From contig CM082578.2 of NCBI GenBank assembly GCA_040954595.2, positions 1,470,831 to 1,534,830 of the forward strand: a DNA stretch of 64,000 nucleotides. The letters run 5' to 3'. This DNA comes from Balanoglossus misakiensis. Its lineage: Eukaryota; Animalia; Hemichordata. The notes beneath the pieces were generated by a model that saw nothing but the letters and a program-made list of their open reading frames with translations, had not been told where the DNA came from and did not search any database. Positions 26,859-40,863 of this stretch are shown piece after piece (the first letter of the stretch is position 1; each line of letters begins with the position of its first letter). The position numbers were made by a program, and so were the translations under genes.

Positions 26859-29800
26859 TTATTGATATATGCGAGTACATGTCGCCTTGTTTGAATGGTG
26901 GTACCTGTACCAACACTGCAGATGGTTATAGCTGTCAATGCTCAGCACATTATATTGGGTAAGCAGTCGAATATGTTCTCTTGTTATGTTAAAGTGTTTT
27001 ATCATACATGCAACACCTGTATTTAACACTTTCTATTGTTCTCGCCCCGAAGATATTATACGGTATTTCACAATGTGAAAATATCGCGTCCGCGTCTCGG
27101 CGCGACAGTTCGCTGCGCGCGCGAGCGACGCACGAGCCATAGGACTCTAGTGGAGAGGGGTGTTGTAAAATTCGGTTATTAGAAGCTGTAATAAAGTTTT
27201 CAAAGCTGGCGGTTTTGTCATGTTTAGTTCTCCGAAATTCTCAATGCAAAATAATTGTTAACATGATATTTTGAAAGAGAACGTAGACAATTTTATTTAG
27301 AATGCGGATGTGCCCATCGTAATGAAAGCTGCCAACCCCCTTAAAATGATACTACGGCCCACACATCATACGTCACAACATGGCTACTGCCGTGATCCCA
27401 GCGCCCGGTTCAAATTTGAAATTGTTTTTCTCGGCGCATTTTCGCAAATCGTACTGTTTTATAGGTAGGCATGTATGATAAAGGGGTTATTACACGAATT
27501 TTGGTCGATAACGCGACGCATTCTCGTGATGTCCGTATTTTGACTCGTTGCGCAGCGAAACTCGTCAAAATACGGACAATCACTCGAATACGACAGATAT
27601 ACCTAATATATATGCACCAGTATCGGCGCATTTTCGCAAATCGTACTGTTTTATAGGTAGGCATGTATGATAAAGGGGTTATTACACGAATTTTGGTCGA
27701 TAACGCGACGCATTCTCGTGATGTCCGTATTTTGACTCGTTGCGCAGCGCAACTCGTCAAAATACGGACAATCACCCGAATACGACGCGTTATCGACCAA
27801 AATTCGTGTAATAAACCCTAATTATTTGCGCAAGTGTGCACATACATTGTACAGATATACCTAATATATATGCACCAGTATTTATTTAAGCAATAAAACA
27901 CCCCCAGCCATGGTATACCACGAGATTTTGACCAGTTCACGACATATACGCACGAGCGATAGCGAGTGCGTATATGGAGTTGAACTGGTCAAAATCGAGT
28001 GGTATACCATGGCTGGGGGTGTTTTATTGCTATTATATTATGCCAGTATATTGAAACTTTGCATAAAACATTTTAAAAAGGCATTTTCTTTGACTATGAT
28101 ATATGACTGTGGTATATGGCTAATATATCACGGTCACATGTCGTGACTCGACCAATCAAATAGCTTGATTTACACCATCAATATACTGGTATAATATAAT
28201 TCCTTATAACAAACCTGAAAGATCCATAAAGGTTTGTAATGTTCAGCTTATGAGGAGTATGCTCAAAATCAGAGGAATTGAAAACATATATCCCAAATTG
28301 AACAGACATATAGTCATTTGCCAGTGGCATCACAGAGATGCATCTGATCATAACTTAGTGAAATTAGATGCCATTGTCTCATAATTATACATTTGTATTA
28401 CTACCTTCATGACTACATGTTTACGAAAACACATGGAAAGGTGTAGTACCTTTGTTCTAAGGACCACTTTCATTAAGTCATTACTGGTAATTGTACATAC
28501 AAATCTCCTGAAGAACACTATCCATGGTAACATCTATGTGTTGATTAAGAATCAATTTAAGTGAAGTTAAAACACATTGGGCTGTTCTAAAACTTCAGAT
28601 TTCTTCCATTATGCAGGAGTAAGACTTGCAAGTTGCAGTGTTGTATAAAAACAATTAATCTGTAGTTCTGAAATAGTGAAGGCAGGTATTTTGGAATTGT
28701 TTTACTTTGTGCATATTTTATGGAAACTCTTTGTTTTCTTATAGAAATCAATGTGAAATCCCTGCACTGTGCAGCAGTGAGCCATGTCAGAATGGTGGCT
28801 TGTGTGAAGAATTCAACACAACAGACATACAGTATGCAACCTACAGCTGTCTGTGTCTAGATGGATACTCAGGTGATCTTTGCCAGATTGATGTGGATGA
28901 GTGTGCTTCTGATCCGTGCCAAAATGGAGCCACCTGTATTGACCTCATTGCTGATTATAACTGTACATGTGCACCTGGATATGAAGGGGGAGACTGCTCA
29001 TTGGATGTCAATGAATGTGCAGATGACCCTTGTGACTTGGTTGGAACCATGCAATGTCAGAATTTGATCAACGACTTTGCTTGCCAGTGTAAAGCCGGAT
29101 ATACAGGAGAGCTGTGTGAAGAAAATATAGGTAATTCTTCGCAAACTTTTGTTTGAATCAAGTGTTGATCTAGGAAATTCTTGAAAGTCCCAGACTTTGG
29201 AAAATGGGAATGTTAAATACGCTGGAATAGAAAATCTTTTAGTCTTCTCCAAAATGTCATGTACGTAATTTTATCTGACAAATAGAACTTAGTACAGTAC
29301 AGTATAAACAACTGGTATTATATCCACCTTATTCTTAAATCTTTCTTCATAATCTCATAAAATCTAAAATTTTAATTTTTATCACAGATGACTGTCAACC
29401 AAATCCTTGTCACAATGGTGCAACGTGTCTAGATCGTGTGAACTCCTGGAGATGTGAATGTGTGGAAGGATTCCGAGGATCGATGTGTCAACATAACATA
29501 GATGATTGCCAGGACGTTCTCTGCCAAAATGGTGGAACGTGCCAAGATGAGGTCAATGGATTCACATGTGCATGTGTTTATGGCTGGACTGGTGAGTCTG
29601 TTGAATGTTTGTTGTCGTACGAAAGTACATGTTTCAATTTAAAGGGACATTACCTATAACTTTTGGCTTTATTTCCAGTATTTTTGTTCTGTGTACCAAA
29701 TGTTATGTAATTTTGTACACTGAACAAAACAGCATGCTATATATGCCCAGTACTCTACTTGTCACCATAGTATGTATGTGCATAACAGTCACTGTTTATT

Positions 29801-32031
29801 GTTGACAAATGAATGCTGGTCGGGACTTAAATTCAAATTTTGCATAGTAATAATGGTGACTTATATACACATATATGTTTTGGTGATAAACTAGATGCTA
29901 GGCATTTCCTTATGTGTTAAGTATTCAAACAAAAACCTGCAGTAAATACACAAAACAAAAATATTGAAAACATACCAAAAAGTTACAGCTAATGGAGCTT
30001 TAAAATTAATAGAAAGTGATGTGCAATTTGTATTGGCAGAACATTTATATACTGTAAAACGGGTTATTTTCGCGAGCAATACATTTTTCGCAAAATATGC
30101 AAGAGCCGAAAAAACGTGAAAATAAAAAGTTGCGTAATTGTTTTTTTTTCGGAGATAACGATGAAGTGAAATACTAGACCATGAAAAGTAATCCTCACAG
30201 TTGCTTCTTTTGATATCGCGAAAATTTCCTGTCATGAAAATAACCCATTTTACAGTATTTAGATTCATATATTTTAAATCCCTGCATGATAATTACTTGA
30301 TCACAATTCTCTTACACGGTAAGGTTTTTCAATAGTAATGTCATCTGGCATTTTATGTCCTGAATGTAACATACCGCTAAAACAAAATTTAATTTCTTGC
30401 GTTATTATTTTTGTAGGCTACCTTTGTCAAAACCAGACAGAACCGTGCATGCCAAACCCATGTCATAATGAAGGCGTGTGTGAAGTCCTTGTTGAAACTG
30501 AAGCATACATGTGTCATTGTTTGCCAGGATATACTGGGCAAAACTGTCAGGTTGGTCTTTTAACTTAACATATTCACATGTTGTGATTAAGCAATTACTC
30601 CAATTATTATGGAAAAGTGAATTTTCCTTTGCAGACCAGACCCAGAGATGCTTAACTGCAACTTCTAAATTGCAACAAACCCAGTAGTTTTCTCGTACAT
30701 TTAAGAGCTGTGGGGTACTATCCATTACCATGACAACACTGTGATACAAAATACTAGTAAACTTTAAAATGGTCATAACCTTGTTAGTTTTGTGGATAGT
30801 GTTTGAATGAAATTAAGTGTTATCTGCTGTGGAAAAAATTCTAAAACCTGATCAGTAGTAAACATAAAGATATCTGCCCATTAAAATTTTATAAATTTAT
30901 ACTATAACATGTCTAATAAATTCATGTATTTTCAGGATGAAATCAACGAATGCGAGTCCAATCCTTGTGTCAATGGTGGTACTTGTAATGATTTAGTGAA
31001 TGCATATGAATGCAGTTGTGTTGACGGTTTTACCGGTCTTCGCTGCGAGCAAAACATCAATGAATGTGCTCCTGATCCATGTCAGAATAGTGGCAACTGC
31101 ACTGACCTCATCAATGATTACATTTGCGAGTGAGTATACATTTTTTTTTAAATCGGTACATATTGATTTCATTCATTAGTTTTGAAAACTTGTTTTGCCA
31201 GATGTGTAGTTGGGTATGGTGGTAAGAACTGTGATGAGGATATTGATGACTGCATTGGTGACCCGTGCCAGAATGAAGCCGAATGTATTGATGGACTGAA
31301 CACGTACACTTGTAATTGTCAACCAGGTAACTAACAGATTTGGAAGATTAAATTTGAAGATTACTGATGTACCATACAAACAGACCCTTCCGGGAATTGT
31401 ATTTTTTGTCCAATACCGAAGTCATAAACCCCCAAAAGTGTGCATTTTCTTAAAAACAAGATATAGTGGAACCTGATCGGATAGCACACTACAATCATTT
31501 ATGCTGTGTAATGCTCAAAAATTGGCAGCTGTAGAGGTATAAATTTAGAATGGATCCAGGAAGTGTTGTGTCAACCAAAGGCTGTATGTCGTATGTTGTA
31601 TGTCTATCATAAGAACCAGGAGAGGGCTGAGAATATTAATTTTGTGGTGGATGCTTTTATATCATAATCATTCTATTTAGATTGCATCACGAATCAAGCC
31701 CAGAAATGTTTGCTGCTGTTTCCCTTTTTCATAAATTTGTTTGGCATAATCCTTTGTTTCTTCACATTAACAGGGTTTGAAGGAGACTTCTGTGAACATA
31801 ATATCAATGAATGTGACGAGTACCCCTGTGAGAATAATTCAACATGTTACGACACTTTAGGCAGTTATTATTGTTTGTGTGCTAATGGATTTGAAGGCAG
31901 CCACTGTGGGACCAACATTGATGATTGCCATGGTAACATGACATGTCAAAATGGTGCCACTTGTCACGATGGAATAATGGAATTCACATGTGAATGCCCT
32001 CCGAGGTTCGAAGGGACACTTTGTGATAGAG
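26859..32031 (+). CDS. EGF-repeat array exons: 26859-26958, 28745-29130, 29388-29591, 30417-30550, 30936-31129, 31202-31326, 31774-32031
   Basis: Repeated Notch-type EGF motifs (DEC...PC.NGG.C.D....Y.C.C..GY.G..C); exon phases are compatible. Confidence 0.9.
26997..28200. mobile_element. Two adjacent hairpin-terminated non-autonomous elements (~26997-27820 and ~27885-28200)
   Basis: A ~143-bp palindrome at 27889-28031, a hairpin at ~27673-27820, and a 192-bp-period duplication (27432/27624). Confidence 0.6.
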
Positions 32032-32957
32032 GTAACTGTGTGCTGACCATTTGTGATCCTATTCTTGGTTTCTTTAGTAATGTTTACTGTAAAATGGGAA
32101 ATTTTTGCCGCAAACTACGCGAGAGCCAAAATAACATGCAAATAAAACGTCGCGTAAAAAAAATTTCGGAGATAACAATGCAGTGAAATACACGAACACG
32201 AAACTTAATCGTTGTGTAACAGTTGCCCCTTTTGATATCGCGAAAATTCCCTGTCGCGAAAATTTCCCATTTTCCAGTATTTATTTCCATGCTGTACCAT
32301 GCATATTACTTTTTACAGCCTGAATTTCATTTACCTGTATTCTTCTTTCTCAGAAATCTGTCGATCAATTTACCAATCATTGAATGTATTATATAAATAA
32401 GCAAGCAGGCTTGCTGCACAATCAGATGTATAGAGGCTTGGATCTTTCATTACATTTGCTGGTTCTTTGCTGTTCTGTTCTCGGATGTGCGCCTCACTAC
32501 ATGTACATCTGAATCTACTCCATTGAAAATGTTGAATGTGTTTTTTCAAAAGTAACCAATCTAAAAGCAGCTAACTTAACGCTTTTTGCTATGTGTTCTG
32601 ACAGGTGCATTATGTCTTCTGTAACGAGTGCTTAGATTGGCTTGAGAAAGCACATGATTTTCTATGTGCATATGAGGAGAATATTTGAGAATAGGAAAGC
32701 AAAGAACTAGCGAATGTAAATATCAATCAAACACTACACCAGTTAGCCAGCAAGCCATCCAGGAAACAAACTCATATGTTAGTATTTTCATTTTAGCTTG
32801 AAGTACAGTTTTATAGAACTGATAATATTCTATAGATGAAAGTACATAGGACAGTAACATACCATTCCAGTACAAACAAGTAATAATAAGCTGCACATGT
32901 TTTGGTTGTAAAGCTTAGTCTAATGTTCTGTTATGTTTGCTTTTATATTTCTAACAG

Positions 32958-35900
32958 AAAAGTCATCCAATTATGATCTCTTCTTCAATGGAGCTGACTC
33001 AATGGTTGTCTCACCAACATTTAATTGCAGTCAAGACTTCAGTGTATCACTGTGGGTCAGATATAGCACCACTGATAAATCAACACCAGGTGTCTATCTT
33101 ACCATAGCATTGCAAGGATCAAGGTACTCTTTATGTTATTCTTTCTAGTCTGCAACCAATCTGATTAAAATCAGAAGCCCCCGTTCAACCTCCCGTTGTG
33201 GCCAGGCCAATCAGTACAGTTGAAAGTTCCTGCACTAAAAAAATAAATATTACAATGAAATGAAATATAATGTCTCGGGAGTTCATTTACTTCCATGTGT
33301 TCTAGTGGATGAGATAATGCTTTGTTTAGGAATTTCAAAGTGGGAAATGCAACGTTTTCTCATTGTATTTTGCATTTTCTCACAGTGGTGACCATATTCC
33401 TTTGCGGCGAAGATTTATTATTTGTCTGGTTTAAACTTGCATATGCACTTATACTTAGGGTTCATAATACTTGTGCATAGTTCAGTGCATACTTCTGTAT
33501 GGGCTAAAGGTGGTGCAGTTTGAAAAAAGTGTGATAATTTCCCAAAAGTAACAGCTGATGCACCGATTTATGTCTAATCTCTGTTTTGAATTTCTTGGCA
33601 GCTTAACCCAAGTTGATAGTACCCTTCCTTGTCCTGGACAGAAGTCTATCTGTCAGTACAAATGGTGTAACCGTATCAGTTGATGACAACTCGTGGCATA
33701 ATGTTGTCATGGTAATTGAAGAAGGCATTGTGGCAGTTTACTTGAATGGTGTTGCAGTAACATCACCCCTTCCATCCTGGACAGGTATCGCTGACTCAGA
33801 AAAGTAAGTTGCTCGTGGAACTCCGAACATTTTTAACTCCTACAAAGCCATAGAAAATTGTCATCATCACATGTTAAAATTCTATATTTTCCTATACTGT
33901 CAAGTTTTCCCAAGCCTCAAGAGAAGTGAACCATTTATTTGTGAAGCAGTTATCTTGTTTATAACTTATCTGCTAGGTAGCTTGTCTTACTCCTACATGA
34001 CAATACAATATCATCATAACATGTTGCGACTTACAACAAAACTGGCCAAAAAAATCAAGGGAGCAAACTATGGACATCAGCAAAGCTATCTTCGTGGCAC
34101 TTTCAAATTCAAACTTATGCGGAACGATACTGATTTTCACAGTTTATTTTTGACAACTTCTTACCAGCACTTTTAATGAATTCATTATTCTCTTGTTTTT
34201 CAACAGCTGTATGGTAATTCTTGGTCAAAGCTATGACGAAAATGGACTCCTTGACAACTATTTTAGCTTCCATGGTGATGTTACACAGATGAATGTATAC
34301 GATTATGTATTGACTCCTGTTGAAATCCAGAGTCTGGCTTTGAACTGTTCACAAAGTCCACTTGGCAATCATGTCATGTGGGTTGAAATGGATCAAGAGT
34401 TATTGGGTAGTGTGGTCAAAATCCAGCCATCAGCTTGTGGAAGTACCAGGTGCCCAATTGGTTACTCTGGTTCACCATGCACACCTGTTGGTAAATAGCC
34501 TTATTCATTACTATCAAACAATGTTATGCATAATCTGACGAGGAGAAATTGGGTCATATTCACAGAAATGATTAATCCTAAATCCTTACTTTAACACAGC
34601 TCTCCTTGTAATGTTGTGTCTGTCCAGGGAAAACTGTGTGAAATTTTGAGTAGTTTTTCCTGTGTACATTCACCAGCCCCTAGCTGCTGTGTGTTGTACT
34701 CCAATCACACAGCCTGCAATCTCCCTACTTTAGGAAGTATAGGGAATCATCATCTGCCCATGCCTGTATCGCTCACTCTTTTTGTTTCTACCGTACATGT
34801 ATTTAACACTGAATGTAATGATACTATTCACAACCACCACCACCACCATCATCATCATAATCATCATCACCACCACCACCACCACCATCATCATCATCAT
34901 CGTCATCATCATCACCATCATCATCATCAGTTTCTGCTGTTCCAAGAACTAGGCTTATCATGAGTGTAATTGATCATATCATTTATTATGCCTATGGATA
35001 CCATCTCATGACTCCTGTCCTATCTTGTAGTGTTTCTTGACAGTGATCTAGTCTATTCACATGTATCAGAAAACAAGCACTTAACAATATCTGGATTTCT
35101 CATGAATATGTGACAGATATTAACATCTAGTAGTGCATTTACCTAAATGTACCAGTTTATGCATAGGGGGTGTGGACCAGTTGTTTAATTTACAAACATT
35201 TGTTATTCTTTCACTTTTTTTTCTTCAGATAAACACGCTCCTGAAGTCATTTACTGTCCCAATACGACCCGTATAATTAGTCCTAATAGCTTGACAACAG
35301 GAGTATGGCAGGAGCCTATATTTACAGATGATGTCGCCATTGCCAATGTGACACAAACCTACACAATGGGTAAGTTTCCTATAAAATATCATTTCTGATT
35401 ATAGATAATATATAACATTCACACTAACTAAGTTTTTTTTATCGGGGTGGGGTGGGGAGTTGATCTAAACAGAAACCAACAAGCTGAGACAACTTTCCTA
35501 AGATTATGGTCAGTATGAAGCATACTGGTACAGTTTATTCTTGTGGCCGTTACTCATATATGGCTAGCACATCCTATGTGCGACAGATGATCTTGCTTCC
35601 AAGTATTAAAGCCTCAATTGCTGATACTATTACCATATGTTTATAGGCCCTTTCCTCGATCCCAGGGCAGTACAATGAAGTTAAAACTCGAAAGCATTTG
35701 TGTTTGCACGTAATTGTTTATTGGAAACAAAAGATTTGACCAACTGTTGAGCAAGGCCTTTAATCAGTAAAGTACTTAATATTCTCCACTACTACTGGGG
35801 ATACCCATACCACAAATGTTGTGTTCTCTTACAATGGGCAGTTGAATAAACGTGTGCGGCACCATATCTGTTTAGTATACATATCTTGTTCATGTTTATA

Positions 35901-36168
35901 TGTACAGTCACAATCAGGAGTTGATAATATGCCTGTGTATACCCACCAGATAGCTCACTTAAATGGACCATTCTAAGTTTGAAAAGAAAATCATGAAAAA
36001 CATTCAAGAAACGGAAGCTATTTTGGCTTTAGCACCCATGCCTGTAATGATGTGCATAATTTTGTTCTTACAGGTGACACCTTTTCCTGGGGAACCTACC
36101 AGATCGCTATGTTGCTTCAGATACAGCTGGCAACAATGCACAGTGCAACTTTTTACTCTATGTACTGC
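32958..36168 (+). CDS. Pentraxin/LamG exons (32958-33123, 33642-33803, 34207-34490) and second HYR (35229-35369, 36074-36168, frameshifted)
   Basis: FSVSLWVR, WHNV, VYLNG, ILGQ...FHGDVTQMNVYDYVLT motifs. HYR reads DKHAPEVIYCP...GDTFSWGTYQI/YVASDTAGNNAQCNF with a 1-bp loss near 36107. Confidence 0.8.
34828..34929. repeat. (CAC/CAT)n microsatellite, intronic
   Basis: Direct inspection. Confidence 0.95.
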
Positions 36169-36954
36169 GTGAGTGAATTTTTTTATCATTCATACATAAA
36201 CTTTACAAATTAATTAATATCTTGACAAATTGTCATCTCTACCCCTTGTTATGTCTTGTCACATACTGTAAAACGGGACATTTTCGTGACAGAAAATATT
36301 TTGCAATATATCAAAAGAGGCAACTGTGACACGAGAATTAAATTTCCGCATTCTAGTATTTTACTAACTACTCTGGTATCTCTGAAAAACATTTTATGCG
36401 ACTTTATTTTCTTCTTCTTTTTTGCATCATTATCACTTTTGTCCCTATGTAACTATCAAAAATTATAACAACATCATTCAGAACATACAAGGACACTCAA
36501 ACCCGTCTAAAACAAACCCTGTCTAATCGGGAAACCTCTCTTCAACCAACAGCTTTTCCTAGTCCCTTTTACATAGAAACATGTTAATGTGTTGGTGTTC
36601 TGTTTACAAGATTTGACTGTGTAATAAATATGGGTGTCACACATACACCATTAAGACAGTTCTGAAGCATCTCAGAATTGATACTGTCTTAAAAAAACAT
36701 GTGTGGACGGTGTAAGTGGTCCTGAAACGTCTCAGATTTGAGACGGCTCTGCCAGCCAGACCTGAGCCGGTGTAAGGATTAACACCTCTCCGCAACCCAT
36801 TGTCTATGGGGCCGAGCCTCAGCGCCTATACATAAACTTTGATTGGATGACATTTTGCATTCCTTAGTTGACACACACAAAATGTTATCCAATGACGTGA
36901 AGTGTATTACACGGCAGAGACTACAATGTGCCAGAAGACAGTTCCAGAGTCATT

Positions 36955-39900
36955 GGGGGCACAAGCGCCCTCAGGCGGCTTGTGCCCCCATTGTTATTGT
37001 TGGAATTTTTAGGGCCCAAGCGCATACCAGCGCTTGGGCCCTATTGGTTTCGTTGGGGTTTTTATGGGCCCAAGCCAAGCCAGGCTTGGGCCCGTATTGG
37101 TTTCGCTGGGGTTTTTCTGTCTTTCTTTCTTTCTTTATTCTTGGTTCCATTCTTTATCGCTCTAGATCTCAGACACCGCTGCAGGTACAGTTCTCAAACT
37201 ATCTACAGTGGTCAAGGTCAATGAGTAGATGTGCAGTGACTTGTGAATACTTAATTAGTCACGTGACATGGCGGCCATCTTGGATTTTCTGAAAAAATGC
37301 AAATCTCAGATCTCAGAAACTACAAGTCAGATCGACTTCAAATTTGGCATGCTGGTAGACTACCTTCTGCCCATCATTTTTGTAATTGGAAATTATGCTG
37401 ACAAAGTTGCAGTTTTTTTGCTACAGTTGTTTTTCTGAAATCTGGCCTAAATTTCAAAAATCTTCTTCTCCAGAACCGGTGATAACCGAGACACGGGGTT
37501 TGGGTTATGTGGTCACCTAACTGATGTCTATCAAGTTTGCGAAGATCATTGTGATTGGTCCAAGATTATGGCGGCCATATTGGATTTTCGAAAAACCCTA
37601 GTAAAATTTGAAAAATCTTCTACTCAAGAACCGGCGATAACCGAGTCACAAGATTTGGTGTGTGTGTTCATTAAACAGATGTCTATCAAGTTTGCAAAGA
37701 GGAATGTGATTGGTCGAAGATTATGGCGGCCATATTGGATTTTGTGAAAAACGATTAAAAAGTAAAAATGCCCTTTCTAGCCTAAAAATTGATAGCACAG
37801 AAATTCTTTTTATGGATATGAATCATCATATGACAAGAATAAGCTATAAATATTTTGGTAATTTTGGCAATGACCTTTGACCTACTTTTGATGCATCATT
37901 TTTCTGCATATCTAATTCCAGGCTAACAAATAGGGCTATAAGTTTGGTTTTTGATGTATGTGGATTTGTATGTGATCAAAACATTTTGCTACTTTTCATG
38001 ACCCCTTTGACCTCTGGTGACCTCATTAAATATGCGCATACCTAATTAATGATGAACCAATAGACCTAGAGGTTTTGTTTTTGTTATACATAGACCAGTA
38101 TGGGGTCAAAATATTTTGCCCAAATGTTGGGTGACCTTTGACCTACTTAGCACTATATTAGCATCAGATCAGATAATAGAGCTTGGGCCCGGACAATGCT
38201 GCTTGCAGCTTTAATTCTGTCTTTCTTTCTTCTTTCTTTATTCTTCTGTCATTTCTTTGTCGCTCTAGATCTCAGACACCACTGCAGGTACAGTTCTCAA
38301 ACTTGCTACAGTGGTCAAGGTCAATGAGTAGTCGTGCATTGAACCCATGAATTTTTAATTAGTCACATGACCTGGCGGCCATCTTGGATTTTCTGAAAAA
38401 ATGCAAATCTCAGATCTCAGAAACTACAAGTCAGATCGACTTCAAATTTGGCGTGCAGGTAGACTACCTTCTGTCAAACATTTTTGTAATTGGAAATTAT
38501 GCTGTCAATGTTGCAGTTTTTTTGCTACAATTTTTTTTCTGAAATCTGGCTTAAATTTCAAAAATCTTCTTCTCTAGAACCGGTGATAACCGAGACACGG
38601 GGTTTGGGGTATGTGGTCACCTAACTGATGTCTATCAAGTTTGCGAAGATCATTGTGATTGGTCGAAGATTATGGCGGCCATATTGGATTTTCGAAAAAC
38701 CCTAGTAAAATTTCAAAAATCTTCTTCTCGAGAACCGTAGATAACCGAGTCACAAGATTTTGTGTGTGTGGTCATTCACCAGATGTCTATCAAGTTTGCG
38801 AAGAGGAATGTGATTGGTCGAAGATTATGGCGGCCATATTGGATTTTGTGAAAAACGATTAAAAAGTAAAAATTCCCTTTCTAGCCTAAAAATTGATAGC
38901 GCAGAAATTCTTTTTATGGATATGGATCATCATATAACTACAATATGCTATAAATATTTTGGTAATTTTGGCAATGACCTTTGACCTACTTTTGACGCAT
39001 CATTTTTCTGCATATCTAATTCCAGGCTAACCAATAGGGCTATAAGTTTGGTTTTTGATGTATGTGGATAAGTGTGTGATCAAAATTTTTTGCTACTTTT
39101 CACGACCCCTTTGACCCCTGCTGACCTCATTAATTATGTGCATAGCTAATTACAGGCGAACCAATAGACCTAGAGGTTTTGTTTTTGTTGGACAGGACTA
39201 GTATGGGGTCAAAAAATTTTACCCAAATGTTGGGTGACCTCTGGTGACCTTTGACCTACTTTTGCAAATATCAGCATCCACAGCAGATACAGCCTTGGCG
39301 TTTGGAGGTATGGGGCCATAATGAAAAGCCAAAGTTGTGGGTCACCTGTGACACCTGCTTCACTCATTATTTATGTGCATACTTAATTCCGGGCTAACCA
39401 AAAGTATTATAGGTCTGGTTTTTGTTGGACATGGACCACTATGGGTCAAAATTTTCTGCCCAAATTATGGGTGACCTCTGGGTGACCTTTGACCTACTTA
39501 ACACTTTATCAGCACTAAACATAGATATAACCATGATATTTCATGGGATAAAACACAGCATTATGTTTCTACTCATTAATTATGTGCATATCTAATAATC
39601 AGATCAGATAATAGAGCTTGGGCCCGGACAATGCTGCTTGCAGCTTTAATTCTTATTATTATTCTTCTTCTTCCGAGAAATATGTCATTGTAAATCTGGA
39701 AAACGGCAGCACCTAGGGGGCCGAAACTTGGTAGGGTGGTAGGGGCCAATGAGTAGACGTGCAGTGGCCCGTGAATATTTAATTAGTCACGTGACCTGGC
39801 GGCCATATTGGATTTCCTGAAAATCGTTAAATGAGTCCTTCTCAAAAACCACTGGGCTGATCGAGTTCAAATTTGGTGTGCAGGTAGCCTACCTTCTGTC

Positions 39901-40863
39901 CATCATTTTACCCCATTGAAATCATGACGTCATACATAAAGTTTTTTTGCTACAATTGTTTTTCTGAAAAACTACTTAAAACTTTAAAAATCTTCTTCTC
40001 CAGAACCAGCGGTTACCGAGTCTCGGGATTTGGGATATGTGGTCACCTTACCTATGTCTATCAAGTTTGCGAAGCGCACTGTGATTGGTCAATCATTATG
40101 GCGGCCATGTTGGATTTTCGGAAAACCATTGAAAAGTGATAATTCCGTTTTGTAGCCAAAATGTTGACAGCATGGAAATTCTTTTTTTGGATATGAGTCA
40201 TCATATGACCGGAAGTTGTCACAATTTTTCAGGGCAATTTTCACATGACCTTTGACCCAGTTTTAAAACAACTAATTATATATGCATATTCCCCATACCT
40301 CCTCTTGTCAAAGCACCACAGTCATGAATTTTGTGGACATGGGTACCAATGCTGCCAGGACATGACACAAATATTTTGGTAATTTTGGCAATGACCCTTG
40401 ACCTATTTCTGAAACATCATTTTTCTGCATATCTAATTCTAGGCTAACCAATAGGGCTAGAGGTCTGGTTTTAGTTGGACATGGCCCACTCTGGGGTCAA
40501 AATTTTATGCCCAAATTTTGGGTGACCTTGGATGACCTTTGATCTACTTTCCCATATCTCAGCATCCAGAGCAGTTAGAGCCCTGGCTTTTATGGGTATT
40601 GAGCACAGAATGGAGTCTTACACAAGACCTCATTAATTATGTGCATACCTAATTGCAGGCGAACCAATAGGGCTAGGGGTCTGGTTTTTTGTTGGATCTA
40701 GACTAGTTTGGGGTCCAATTTTTTTGCGCAAATTTGGGGTGACCTCAGGTGACATTTGACCTACTTTCCCATATCTTGGTATCCCCAGCAGATACAGCCG
40801 TGGCATTTGCTGGTCACCATGGGAACCGCTTGTGCCCCCCCAATGCTGCTTGCAGCTTTAATT
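36955..40863. mobile_element. Three nested Helentron-associated (HINE-like) non-autonomous elements
   Basis: Three 5' hairpin heads (36955, 37011, ~37066). Three tails, each a subTIR plus GCTGC-TT-GCAGC hairpin plus TTTAATT, end at ~38216, ~39651 and ~40863. TCTT/ATT microsatellites and internal ~140-bp repeats are present. Confidence 0.7.

Noticed and set aside
26859-32031. Notch/fibropellin/crumbs call from the EGF array
   Set aside because: The flanking HYR, GCC2/GCC3, pentraxin, CUB, LDLa and lectin exons fit the uif-type architecture; no LNR or ankyrin exons were seen.
33602-33641. Apparent frameshift in the pentraxin exon if the AG at 33600-33601 is used
   Set aside because: The acceptor at 33640-33641 has a good pyrimidine tract and keeps the frame, so no lesion is needed.
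34616-34963. Poly-His ORF (and poly-Met/Val antisense ORF)
   Set aside because: It is a translation of an intronic CAC/CAT microsatellite, with no splice or domain support.
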